This document shows, piece after piece, positions 24,425 to 33,102 of a DNA stretch of 64,000 nt (position 1 is its first letter; each line of letters starts with the position of its first letter). The position numbers and the translations under genes were made by a program. This DNA comes from Parcubacteria group bacterium Gr01-1014_30. GTDB taxonomy: Bacteria; Patescibacteriota; Minisyncoccia; Minisyncoccales; 2-12-FULL-40-12. Where the stretch lies: positions 89,983 through 153,982 of the forward strand of contig VMFS01000003.1 of the NCBI GenBank assembly GCA_007376185.1. The letters run 5' to 3'. Below the pieces are notes generated by a model. That model made no database searches. It worked only from the letters and a program-made list of their open reading frames with translations, and was not told the origin of the DNA.

Positions 24425-25041
24425 AAATAAAAAAAATAATTGACATATCTTTACCTCTGAGCGAGGGAATGGTTGTTTACCCCAACAATCCCAGGATTTC
24501 GATTGAGACAAGGAAGGGCCAAACCTCAACTTTATCAAAGATAGATTTCGGGTCGCATACCGGAACTCACGTTGACGCGCCAAAACACGTTTTTGACAAC
24601 GGAAAAGGCGTGGATAAAATTGAACTGGAAAAACTGATAGGTGAGTGCCGTGTGCTGGATATGACAAAAGTTAAGGAGTCCGTCAAAATCGCCGACTTCA
24701 AAAAAGCCAACATTAAAAAAGAAGAGAGAATTTTGGTGAAAACGAAAAACTCGCAAAGGGGTTTCACGAAGTTTTACAAAGATTATGTTTATCTTGACGG
24801 CGAGGCGGCAGAGTTTCTGGCAAAGAAAGGGATTTCGCTTTTTGGCATTGATTACTTGTCCGTAAAAAAGCGGGGAGGGGCGGATTTGCGGCCGCATACC
24901 TCTCTTTTGAAAAAGGGGATTGTGATTTTTGAAGGGCTGGATTTATCCAAAATGAAGCCAGGGAAATATTTTTTTATCGGGTTGCCATTAAGGTTTGTCG
25001 GTCTTGACGGTTCACCCGCCAGAGCAGTTTTGCTAAAATAG
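24421..25041 (+). CDS. Cyclase-family protein (kynurenine formamidase-like)
   Basis: HTGTHVDAPKH motif. GTG 24421 overlaps the zwf stop (GTGA). Confidence 0.7.
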   Translation: MKIKKIIDISLPLSEGMVVYPNNPRISIETRKGQTSTLSKIDFGSHTGTHVDAPKHVFDNGKGVDKIELEKLIGECRVLDMTKVKESVKIADFKKANIKKEERILVKTKNSQRGFTKFYKDYVYLDGEAAEFLAKKGISLFGIDYLSVKKRGGADLRPHTSLLKKGIVIFEGLDLSKMKPGKYFFIGLPLRFVGLDGSPARAVLLK

Positions 25042-25065
25042 AGAAGGGAGTCGCTCGGCAACGAA

Positions 25066-25239
25066 GTTTTCAGTCACCGATAGTCGCCTCGTCCAGCGAC
25101 TCGGCGCTATCTGCATTCCCGAGTTTTCGCGAAGCGAAAACGAATGGCGAGAGGAACCGAAGGTTCAGCGAGCTCGGCGGCAAATTCTTCGCTACGCTCA
25201 GAAACCATGCTTTGCCGCCTGCGAAAGCTGTCTGAAAAC
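25066..25239 (+). repeat. ~170-nt conserved structured element, copy 1 (upstream of pgi)
   Basis: Near-identical blocks to 48223-48393. Closing stem GTTTTCAG/CTGAAAAC. One internal hairpin differs between copies but stays paired. Confidence 0.6.
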
Positions 25240-25261
25240 TTGTTGCCGAGCTTGAAGCGAG

Positions 25262-25449
25262 TTATGAGTAATTTTGCAAATCTTACGAAGGTGAAGTATA
25301 CATACTTAATCGCCGAACAGGAAAAGTGTCTAGTCGGAAAACCCCGCCCGTCCGCAGATGGGCGGGGGCAAACGGAGTACTGGACAATTTTCCGTGGTGA
25401 GGCGTTATGCGTCCTTCACCGCAGCACCAATTCGCAAAATTACTCATAG
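25262..25449. repeat. 188-nt palindromic element nested between the 170-nt element and the pgi start
   Basis: Arms TATGAGTAATTTTGC / GCAAAATTACTCATA. CGAG on both flanks (25258-25261, 25450-25453). Confidence 0.65.
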
Positions 25450-25461
25450 CGAGCGCGTACT

Positions 25462-26463
25462 ATGCGTCAAGCAATTTTGGACTTACCTAAACAATTTGCT
25501 TGGACACCGGAAGTTGTCCATAAAGAAAAACTCGGAAAGTTTCAGAAGCTTGTGGTTGCCGGAATGGGCGGGTCAAGTTGGGTTGCGGCTTTAATCAAAG
25601 CAAGAGACCCCTATTTTCCTGTGACAATTCACCGAGATTACGGTTTACCGCCTTTGCCTAAGAATGAACTCTGGCGGACGCTTTTTATCGCCAGCTCTTA
25701 CTCTGGCAATACAGAAGAACCCATAGACGCTTTTGAACAGGCCTTAAAAAAGGGATTGCCTTTAGCGGCCATAGCAAAAGGCGGCAAGGTTCTTGATATT
25801 GCCAGAAAAGAAAAAGTGCCTTATATCCAAATTCCCGATACACAAATCCAGCCGAGAGCCGCCAGCGGCTTCTTGATAAGAGGGCTTTTGAAAATAATGA
25901 ACAGGGAAGACCTTTTGCAAGAAAGCTCAGAACTTTCCAAAACTTTGAAGCCAGAGTCCTTTGAGAGCCAGGGCAAAAAGCTTGCAAAAAAAATTAAAGG
26001 TTACGTTCCAATAATTTATGCTTCCACTCAAAATCTCGGCTTGGCTTACGTGTGGAAGGTTAAGTTTAACGAGACCGGCAAGATACCGGCTTTTTACAAC
26101 GTTTTTCCCGAGCTAAACCATAATGAAATGACGGGCTTTGACCCCGCCCTTGCCAGCAAGGGCGGGGCAGGTGTCAAGCGCTCAAGAAAAAAATTACAAG
26201 AACCGTTTCATTTTATTTTTCTGAAAGACCGCAGAGACCTCCCCAAAATCCAAAAAAGAATGGACGTTACCAAAAAACTTTACGAACAGAGAGGTTTACC
26301 CGTTGAGGTTTTGGAACTTGAGGGAGCTAGTTCTTTTTACAAAATTTTCTCTTCATTCGTCTTGGCCGACTGGACGTCTTTTTACACGGCAAAACTCTAC
26401 AGCTTGGAGGCAGAAAAAGTGCCCATGGTTGAAGAGATGAAATCTCTTCTCGCGCCTCGCTAG
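25462..26463 (+). CDS. pgi: Bifunctional phosphoglucose/phosphomannose isomerase (SIS domain)
   Basis: VVAGMGGSS, SYSGNTEE and the PELNHNE motif typical of archaeal-type PGI/PMI. Confidence 0.8.
   Translation: MRQAILDLPKQFAWTPEVVHKEKLGKFQKLVVAGMGGSSWVAALIKARDPYFPVTIHRDYGLPPLPKNELWRTLFIASSYSGNTEEPIDAFEQALKKGLPLAAIAKGGKVLDIARKEKVPYIQIPDTQIQPRAASGFLIRGLLKIMNREDLLQESSELSKTLKPESFESQGKKLAKKIKGYVPIIYASTQNLGLAYVWKVKFNETGKIPAFYNVFPELNHNEMTGFDPALASKGGAGVKRSRKKLQEPFHFIFLKDRRDLPKIQKRMDVTKKLYEQRGLPVEVLELEGASSFYKIFSSFVLADWTSFYTAKLYSLEAEKVPMVEEMKSLLAPR
26142..26167. repeat. Perfect 12-bp hairpin inside the pgi CDS
   Basis: CCCCGCCCTTGC-CA-GCAAGGGCGGGG. The termini match the family 4 element at 15614-15813. 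Confidence 0.65.
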
Positions 26464-26653
26464 TGCCTCGGCGGTTGAAGATTTCAAAAAACTTATCGCG
26501 TAACCTTTCGTAGCGGAGATTACTTGACTTTTATTTGAAGGTTGCGCTAATATCTTTGTAGTGTTCTTTACAAAGAAATAGTTTGGTACTTTTGACTTCT
26601 TGAGAGAATAAAATGCCCCACGAGCGGGCAGAAAGTAGGCGAACTTGAACGAT

Positions 26654-27700
26654 ATGAGGCAAGGTCAGGAGTTGGTCCTTAGTCAACGTTTTGAAGCCGT
26701 TAATCAGTTTATTGGCCAGAGCGTGGCCGCTCAGAAGGCGAGAGCTTTTGCCTTGCGAGTGGCGGCGGGTTCTGACCTAACTGTTTTGGTCCGGGGAGAA
26801 ACCGGAGTTGGAAAAGACCACTTAGCCGAGCTGATTCATGAGTTGGGTCGTTGTGGAAAACCATTTGTGCGTGTTGATTGTGGAGCTTTAACGGAAACGC
26901 TTTCCGAGGCCGAGTTGTTCGGCCACGCCCCCGGCGCTTTCACTGGCTCCGTTGGAGCAAAAGAAGGGTTGGTTAAGGTGGCAAGAGAGGGCACTCTTTT
27001 TTTCAACGAGGTTGCCAATATGAGCTTGGGTCTTCAGGCAAAGTTCTTGGGGGTTTTGGACAGGAAACCTTTCCGGCCCGTTGGCGGGAAAGAAACCTTT
27101 CCGGTTAAGGCCAGGATTATCGCGGCGACTAACTTTAAACTTGAGGAGATGGTTAGAGCGAGGACTTTCAGGGAGGATTTATTTTACCGCTTGAACGTGG
27201 TTCCCTTTTCTATAGCGCCGTTACGTGAGCGCAAGGAAGATATTCCGGAGTTGGCCGCGGCGTTCCTTGCTGAGAGCAGGAAGAGAATTTTGCCGGAAGC
27301 GGTGGATTTGATGACCGGTTACGATTGGCCGGGCAACGTTAGACAACTTAGGGACGTTGTTCAAGCCGCGGCTCTTATGAGCAATGGAGAGGAGATTGGC
27401 GTTGAAGAAGTTAAGCCACGCTTGGATCAGCAATTGAGGCAAGTTGCCGCAGACAAGAGGGTTATCAGTGAGTTCTACGACGAAGACCGCAGACTTTTGC
27501 CCATCAGAGAAATTGAGAAGCGATACCTTTCTGTTTTGCTCGAGGCCGCTGAAGGGAATATTTCGACTGCGGTAGCAATTTCCGGATGGGCCAGAGATAC
27601 AGTGTATAGAAGGATTTGTCAATTTGGTTTAGAAGATTTTGTTTTATCTCGCAGGAGAGATGCTTATCTTAAGAGAATGGTTAAGAGAAGGGAAGTATAA
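26654..27700 (+). CDS. Sigma-54-interaction-domain transcriptional activator (AAA+ plus C-terminal HTH), no sensor domain
   Basis: GETGVGKD Walker A. ELFGHAPGAFTGS GAFTGA-like loop. FFNEV Walker B. DWPGNVRQL. Fis-type HTH at the end. Confidence 0.8.
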   Translation: MRQGQELVLSQRFEAVNQFIGQSVAAQKARAFALRVAAGSDLTVLVRGETGVGKDHLAELIHELGRCGKPFVRVDCGALTETLSEAELFGHAPGAFTGSVGAKEGLVKVAREGTLFFNEVANMSLGLQAKFLGVLDRKPFRPVGGKETFPVKARIIAATNFKLEEMVRARTFREDLFYRLNVVPFSIAPLRERKEDIPELAAAFLAESRKRILPEAVDLMTGYDWPGNVRQLRDVVQAAALMSNGEEIGVEEVKPRLDQQLRQVAADKRVISEFYDEDRRLLPIREIEKRYLSVLLEAAEGNISTAVAISGWARDTVYRRICQFGLEDFVLSRRRDAYLKRMVKRREV

Positions 27701-27776
27701 TTATGATTTCAGCCCTGGCCGCGAATAACGGCGCAGGGCTTTGTTATTTCAAGGATTTTTGATAAGATACAATACT

Positions 27777-28769
27777 ATGAGCTACGAATTGATAATTGTT
27801 GGCGGAGGGCCCGCGGGGGTTGCCGCGGGTGTTTACGCCGCCAGAAAACGAATAAAAACGCTATTGATTACAGAAAGCTTTGGTGGTCAATCAACCGACT
27901 CAGTTGACATTCAAAATTGGATTGGCATTGTTTCAATGACCGGCGTTGAACTGGCAGAGCGTTTAGAAAAGCATTTAAAAGCTTATTCAGATGATGTTTT
28001 GGAGTTAAAGCCGCACGTCAAAGTAAGCCGAATTACCCAGCTGAAAAAAGCAGGAGAGAAAGGCGGCCCGCCTTCGCGGGGCCGTAGCCCGCTTCGGCGT
28101 GGCGAAGGCCCGTTATTTGAAGTTGAAACTGACGATGGCAAAAAATACCAGTCGCGGATTATTATTTTTGCTCTGGGTTCGCGCCGCAGAAAACTGCAAG
28201 TCAAGGGCGCGGACACATTTGAACATAAAGGAGTTGTTTACTGCGCTTCCTGCGACGCTCCGCTTTTTCGCGACAGAGACATTGTCGTGGTTGGAGGAGG
28301 CAACGCTGGTCTTGAAGCCGCCGAGCAATTAACGGCTTACGCAACGAGCGTTCATATTTTTGAGCTGGGGCCGGAGTTTCACGGCGACAAAATGACTCAA
28401 GAAAGAGTTTTCAAAAATCCAAAAGTTACCGCGCACACCAACGCCGAAACGCTTGAAATAAAAGGCGACACTATGGTGTCGCAGGTTGTGTGGAAAGACA
28501 AAAAGACCGGTGAGACACAAGAACTGTCTGTGCAGGGCGTGTTTGTGGAAATCGGTTCAATTCCAAATACAGAAATGCTAAAAGGCCTTGTTGAAATGAA
28601 TAAATACGGCGAAGTGGTTATTGACCACAAAAGAAGCAGAACTTCTGTTGAAGGTATTTGGGCTTCAGGCGACGCCACAGACCAGCCCTACAAGCAAAAC
28701 AACATCTCAATGGGCGACGCAGTCAAAGCTTTAGAGGACGCATATTTATATCTTCAGAAGTTGAAATAA
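27777..28769 (+). CDS. trxB: Thioredoxin-disulfide reductase
   Basis: IIVGGGPAGVAAG FAD site, redox-active CASC (YCASCDAPLF), VVGGGNAGLEAA NADPH site. Confidence 0.9.
   Translation: MSYELIIVGGGPAGVAAGVYAARKRIKTLLITESFGGQSTDSVDIQNWIGIVSMTGVELAERLEKHLKAYSDDVLELKPHVKVSRITQLKKAGEKGGPPSRGRSPLRRGEGPLFEVETDDGKKYQSRIIIFALGSRRRKLQVKGADTFEHKGVVYCASCDAPLFRDRDIVVVGGGNAGLEAAEQLTAYATSVHIFELGPEFHGDKMTQERVFKNPKVTAHTNAETLEIKGDTMVSQVVWKDKKTGETQELSVQGVFVEIGSIPNTEMLKGLVEMNKYGEVVIDHKRSRTSVEGIWASGDATDQPYKQNNISMGDAVKALEDAYLYLQKLK
28062..28112. repeat. GC-rich hairpin insert inside the trxB CDS
   Basis: GCCTTCGC (28070-28077) pairs with GCGAAGGC (28102-28109). Encodes the extra GGPPSRGRSPLRRGEGP. Confidence 0.5.
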
Positions 28770-28770
28770 C

Positions 28771-28843
28771 GGGCCGTTAGCTTAGCTGGTAGAGCGCGTC
28801 ATTTGCAATGACGAGGTCGCCGGTTCGAATCCGGCACGGTCCA
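28771..28843 (+). tRNA. tRNA-Ala (anticodon UGC)
   Basis: Manual cloverleaf. Acceptor GGGCCGU/ACGGUCC with G3:U70. Anticodon loop UUUGCAA. T-loop UUCGAAU. CCA follows in the DNA. Confidence 0.9.
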
Positions 28844-28848
28844 TAAAC

Positions 28849-28877
28849 AAACCCTCCAGGCGCCTGGAGGGTTTATT
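28849..28877 (+). terminator. Hairpin terminator after tRNA-Ala
   Basis: AAACCCTCCAGG-CG-CCTGGAGGGTTT perfect stem, followed by TATT. Confidence 0.6.
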
Positions 28878-28977
28878 CTAAAAATTTAAGCCCCACCTCG
28901 CAGAGGCGATTGATAATGTTTCCGGCTTTCGCTATTATTTAATATATTTGAGCGAATAATAAAATGAGAGATCAATA

Positions 28978-30093
28978 ATGAAAGATCAATTTGGGCCAGA
29001 GTATATTGTGAAAGTTTATGACGCCAAGCTAGGCATGGAAGGGTTTTTGGTTATTGATAATACGGCCTTGGGTCCTGGCAAAGGCGGCATTAGAATGACT
29101 CCCGACGTGACAGAAGAGGAAGTTTTTAGATTGGCGAGAACCATGACTTTCAAAAACGCTTTAGCAGGCATTCCTTTCGGGGGAGCCAAAGCCGGAATTG
29201 TTTGGCGCGGCGGTTCAGAGGAGTTGAAGAAACAATATATTCAGAGTTTTGCCAGAGCCATTAAAGTTTTTACGCCGAGAAAATATATCGCAGGCCCGGA
29301 TATTAACACAGGAGAAAAAGAAATGCAGTGGTTTGTGGAGGCAACAGGCAACTGGAGGTCTGCCACCGGAAAGCCGGCAAATCTTTGTATGAAAATTTTC
29401 GGAAAACCCGGAGAAAAATGCGGCATTCCCCACGAGTTCGGTTCAACGGGTTTCGGGGTAGCTCAAGCGACAAAAGTGGCTGCTGACATCGCCGGCTTGG
29501 ATATTAAAAACGCTAAGTGCGCCATTGCTGGTTTTGGAAACGTGGGAACATTTACCTGTGAGCACCTTTTGGAAATGGGCGCAAAAATCGTGGCTGTCTC
29601 TGACATTTCAGGAACCGTTTTTGACGAGAACGGTTTAGATTGCAAGGTGCTTTTACAGTTGAAAGAAAAAGGAAAATCGGTGGCAGAGTATAAAAAAGCC
29701 CAAAAATTAGGGCTGAACGATATTTACGAACTAAAAGTTGATATTTTGATACCGGCTGCGGTTTCTGATGTCATAAACGAGAAGAACTTTGGCAAAATTA
29801 AATCAAAAATTATCGTTGAAGCCGCCAACATTCCAATGACCAAATACATTGAGAAAAAACTCTTCAAAAAAAGCATAATGATTGTTCCTGACTTCGTGGC
29901 TAACGCAGGCGGAGTGATTTCTTCATACGCGGAGTACCGCGGCTACAATCCAAAGAAAATGTTTGATATGGTAAAAAGAAAAATTATCAAGACGACAAAA
30001 ACCGTTTTAAGAGAGAGTATAAAAGCCAAAAAGAGTCCAAGAGACATTGCTTTGGAGATTGCCAAAGCAAAAGTTAAAGACGCAATGAGTTAA
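28978..30093 (+). CDS. Glu/Leu/Phe/Val dehydrogenase family (glutamate dehydrogenase-like)
   Basis: GPGKGGIRM and PFGGAKAGI motifs. GFGNVG Rossmann motif. Confidence 0.85.
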   Translation: MKDQFGPEYIVKVYDAKLGMEGFLVIDNTALGPGKGGIRMTPDVTEEEVFRLARTMTFKNALAGIPFGGAKAGIVWRGGSEELKKQYIQSFARAIKVFTPRKYIAGPDINTGEKEMQWFVEATGNWRSATGKPANLCMKIFGKPGEKCGIPHEFGSTGFGVAQATKVAADIAGLDIKNAKCAIAGFGNVGTFTCEHLLEMGAKIVAVSDISGTVFDENGLDCKVLLQLKEKGKSVAEYKKAQKLGLNDIYELKVDILIPAAVSDVINEKNFGKIKSKIIVEAANIPMTKYIEKKLFKKSIMIVPDFVANAGGVISSYAEYRGYNPKKMFDMVKRKIIKTTKTVLRESIKAKKSPRDIALEIAKAKVKDAMS

Positions 30094-30129
30094 AATAAAA
30101 ATTTGATTTTATGGCCTATTCCAGAAAAG

Positions 30130-30177
30130 CCATCAAATACAAAAAACAAGCGGTCGCTTGTTTTTTGTATTTGATGG
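30130..30177. terminator. Long perfect hairpin, probable bidirectional terminator
   Basis: CCATCAAATACAAAAAACAAGC-GGTC-GCTTGTTTTTTGTATTTGATGG. Confidence 0.6.
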
Positions 30178-30296
30178 AAAAAGGTACAAGCATCTTGATG
30201 GCCGGAAAGTTGTTGTTAAAGACGCTTTATTGATATTTGGCATTAATTTGTTATCATCAATTGAAGGAAAGGTCGTATAAAAAGTTTATTCCATTT

Positions 30297-30683
30297 ATGG
30301 AAATAATATTTTTAATCGGCAGAATTTTACTGGGAGGGTTTTTCGTGATGAATGGATATAACCATTTCACTAAAACGGATATGATTGCCGGTTACGCCAA
30401 AAGCAAAAACATTCCCAGCCCTCGTCTGTCTGTGCTTGTTAGCGGAGCAATGCTGTTTTTGGGAGGGCTTGGAATCATTTTGGGCATATATATTGAGCTT
30501 TCAGTGTCGCTGCTTGTTATCTTTTTGCTGGCCGCGGCTTTTTCCATCCACACGTTTTGGAGCTTACCGCCTGAACAAAAGATGATGGATATGATGCTCT
30601 TTATGAGAAACTTGGCTTTAACCGGAGCTTTGCTGATGCTTCTGGAACTTTCAACTCCCTGGGTTTGGAGCTTGGCTTTTTAG
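30297..30683 (+). CDS. DoxX-family membrane protein
   Basis: GRILLGGFFVMNGYNHF start typical of DoxX. 4 TM helices. Confidence 0.7.
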   Translation: MEIIFLIGRILLGGFFVMNGYNHFTKTDMIAGYAKSKNIPSPRLSVLVSGAMLFLGGLGIILGIYIELSVSLLVIFLLAAAFSIHTFWSLPPEQKMMDMMLFMRNLALTGALLMLLELSTPWVWSLAF

Positions 30684-30699
30684 CCGCTCTCTCAAGGAA

Positions 30700-32235
30700 A
30701 TGATTTTGCCGAAAGTCGTCATTATTGAACTGGGCTCGCAATATACGCTTCTCATTGAGCGGGCTTTGCGCGAGCTCGGTTTTCGTTCCGTTATCTTGGA
30801 GCCCAAAAGAGTAGTAGAGTGGCTGTTGGTTAATTCGCCAAAAGCCGTGATTCTTTCGGGAGGATCGGCAAGCTGTTACGACAAAGACGCTCCCCAGCCC
30901 CCACACCAAATTTTGGTGTGGGGGCAAGCCGCCAAAAGTGGGTCGGCTGTTCTTGGCATTTGCTACGGTATGCAGTGGCTGGCTTGGCGCCTGCGCGGCA
31001 AGGTTAAAGCCGTGTTAAAGAAAAAGGAATACGGCGAATCGTCAATACGCATTTTGGAAAAACCAAATGGCATTTTTTCGGGAACACCAGAAAACCAGAA
31101 GGTTTGGATGAGCCACGGAGACTCGGTTACTAAACTTCCGCCCGGCTTCAAAGCCGTGGCGCGCAGTTCATCTGGTGCCATTGCCGCTATGCAAAAAGGT
31201 AACATTTGGGGCGTTCAATTTCACCCCGAAGTAACTCACACGCCTTTTGGCAAAACCATAATTCAAAACTTTTTGCGTTTTGCCCAATGCGAAAAGGACT
31301 GGAAACCCTCGTCAATTATTGAATCAATCAGGCAGGCGGCGATGGAACAACTGGGCAAAAACAAAGCTGTTTTTGGTTTTTCAGGAGGCGTGGACTCAAG
31401 CACCGTAGCCGCGATTATGGCGCCAGCTCTCAAGAGAAATCTGCTAGCTGTAACAATTGACGGAGGCCATTTGCGGGAAAAAGAACTTATTGAAGTCAGG
31501 CGCCACGCGAAAGCGGCCCGTGTTAACCTGCGTATTATTGACGCGAAAAGCAGATTCAACAAAGTTATGGCTCACAGTGTGGACGCCGAAGAAAAAAGAA
31601 AATGTTTCAAAAAAATTTACTTGTTACTTTTAACAAAAGCCGCAAGAGATTTCGGGGCTAAAGCCATTTTACAGGGAACTCTGGCTTCAGACCGCATTGA
31701 ATCGGGCGCCACTGGGGGAGCGGCAATCAAGTCGCACCATAACGTCGGGCTTGGCATGAAAGGTTTGCTGTCGCTGCACCCCGTAAGTCATCTTTTTAAA
31801 TACGAGGTTCGCGTCTTGGCAAAAGCAATTCGTTTGCCAAAAAGCGTGTGGGCGCGTCAGCCCTTTCCTGGCCCGGGTTTGTTTTTAAGAGTGGTCGGTG
31901 TTCCTGCCACCTTGAAAAATCTTGACATTGCGCGCTGGGCCGACGCAAGAACGCGCGAGATTTTGGAAAGACGTGGTATTTACCAAAACCTTTCTCAGCT
32001 CGTTGTGGCTTATATAGGAATTCCGACGGTCGGCGTGAAAGGGGACGCGAGAGTTTACGGAGGCGCAATTTTGGTCCGTGCCGTTGAGACCTCCGACTTC
32101 ATGACCGCAAAGGGCGTCCACTTTTCCGAAGAGGTTGAAGAAGAAATATCCTCTGCGCTCACTCGCCGCCCCGAGGTTGTGAGAGTTTGGTTTGACCCAA
32201 CCAAAAAACCTCCCTCCACGGTAGAGTTGGAATAG
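30700..32235 (+). CDS. guaA: GMP synthase (glutamine-hydrolysing)
   Basis: GATase domain (GICYGMQ, HPE). PP-loop FSGGVDSS. C-terminal dimerisation domain. Confidence 0.9.
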   Translation: MILPKVVIIELGSQYTLLIERALRELGFRSVILEPKRVVEWLLVNSPKAVILSGGSASCYDKDAPQPPHQILVWGQAAKSGSAVLGICYGMQWLAWRLRGKVKAVLKKKEYGESSIRILEKPNGIFSGTPENQKVWMSHGDSVTKLPPGFKAVARSSSGAIAAMQKGNIWGVQFHPEVTHTPFGKTIIQNFLRFAQCEKDWKPSSIIESIRQAAMEQLGKNKAVFGFSGGVDSSTVAAIMAPALKRNLLAVTIDGGHLREKELIEVRRHAKAARVNLRIIDAKSRFNKVMAHSVDAEEKRKCFKKIYLLLLTKAARDFGAKAILQGTLASDRIESGATGGAAIKSHHNVGLGMKGLLSLHPVSHLFKYEVRVLAKAIRLPKSVWARQPFPGPGLFLRVVGVPATLKNLDIARWADARTREILERRGIYQNLSQLVVAYIGIPTVGVKGDARVYGGAILVRAVETSDFMTAKGVHFSEEVEEEISSALTRRPEVVRVWFDPTKKPPSTVELE

Positions 32236-32295
32236 CTGATTAACAATAAAGGCGGCAAAAGCATAGCTCTTGCCGCCCAAGAAGTAATTTGTAAC

Positions 32296-32955
32296 TCATT
32301 TCCTCTCGGAACAGCCGTGTCCGTGAGGTTCTTGCAACATTTGCTCAAGCTGCCTCACGTAACCTTCGTAACCTGGCAACTTTCCCCTTTTTTCAAACTC
32401 GCTGAGAACGGCCCACTCAATAAGCCGTGTCTGTTGGGCGTCCTTGGCCCACGTATACCCCAACTCATGAGCAAAGATACCTGCCATTAAGTAAGCGGGC
32501 TGGGGCTCGTCCAATTCAAACCTTTCTTGCAACTGCCGCACAAGGTCGTTTTCCCAAACTACCCAAATGGGTAGTTTGCAGTTCCGGACAAAAGCGATAA
32601 AGTTTTGTCCTATAAGGCGCCAGTTCGGATTCAACACGGTAACCGCGGAGTTGAAACTCTGTAGATCAACAATGACCCAAATGTCGTCTTCATCAAGGGT
32701 TAAGTAGTCAAGTTGCCCAACCGCTTCCGCCAAGAGTTCGTTTAACTTGGCAACGGCCTCGGAGATCAACGGCGGTTTGTCGCCAACTGCCACGCCTTGG
32801 TGCACAAGTGCGTCAAGCGCAGGAAGGGTGGAAGCTGGGGAGCGCTGTTCGTTTAACAGGAGCAACAACACGGAAAAGGCCGCAATGATAGCGAGCAAAG
32901 CGCTCAGCAATATAATTGCTATAATTGTCCAAAACGGGCCTTTTCTCTTTTTCAT
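32296..32955 (-). CDS. Membrane-anchored hypothetical protein
   Basis: 219 aa with an N-terminal TM helix. Degenerate HExxH-like FAHELGY. GC somewhat above the flanks. Confidence 0.4.
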   Translation of the reverse strand: MKKRKGPFWTIIAIILLSALLAIIAAFSVLLLLLNEQRSPASTLPALDALVHQGVAVGDKPPLISEAVAKLNELLAEAVGQLDYLTLDEDDIWVIVDLQSFNSAVTVLNPNWRLIGQNFIAFVRNCKLPIWVVWENDLVRQLQERFELDEPQPAYLMAGIFAHELGYTWAKDAQQTRLIEWAVLSEFEKRGKLPGYEGYVRQLEQMLQEPHGHGCSERK

Positions 32956-33102
32956 TTTCTACCCTTTCTTCCGCCTCCGGACATGAGTTACATATATAAT
33001 TTTACGTTGACAAAGAACTCACTTGCCATTTATACAATAGATAAGCATATTTGTCCAGAGCTTACTTGTCTCCCCAAATTTTTTTTGTTAAATTTTAAAA
33101 AT

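Noticed and set aside
25144-25594. ORFs 25144-25449 and 25358-25594, and likewise 48260-48520 and 20351-20728 (minus strand), encoding ARGTEGSASSAA-like peptides.
   Set aside because: They lie entirely in repeated palindromic intergenic elements, and the shared peptide is just the translation of the repeat. They have no RBS, and they overlap better-supported genes or starts.
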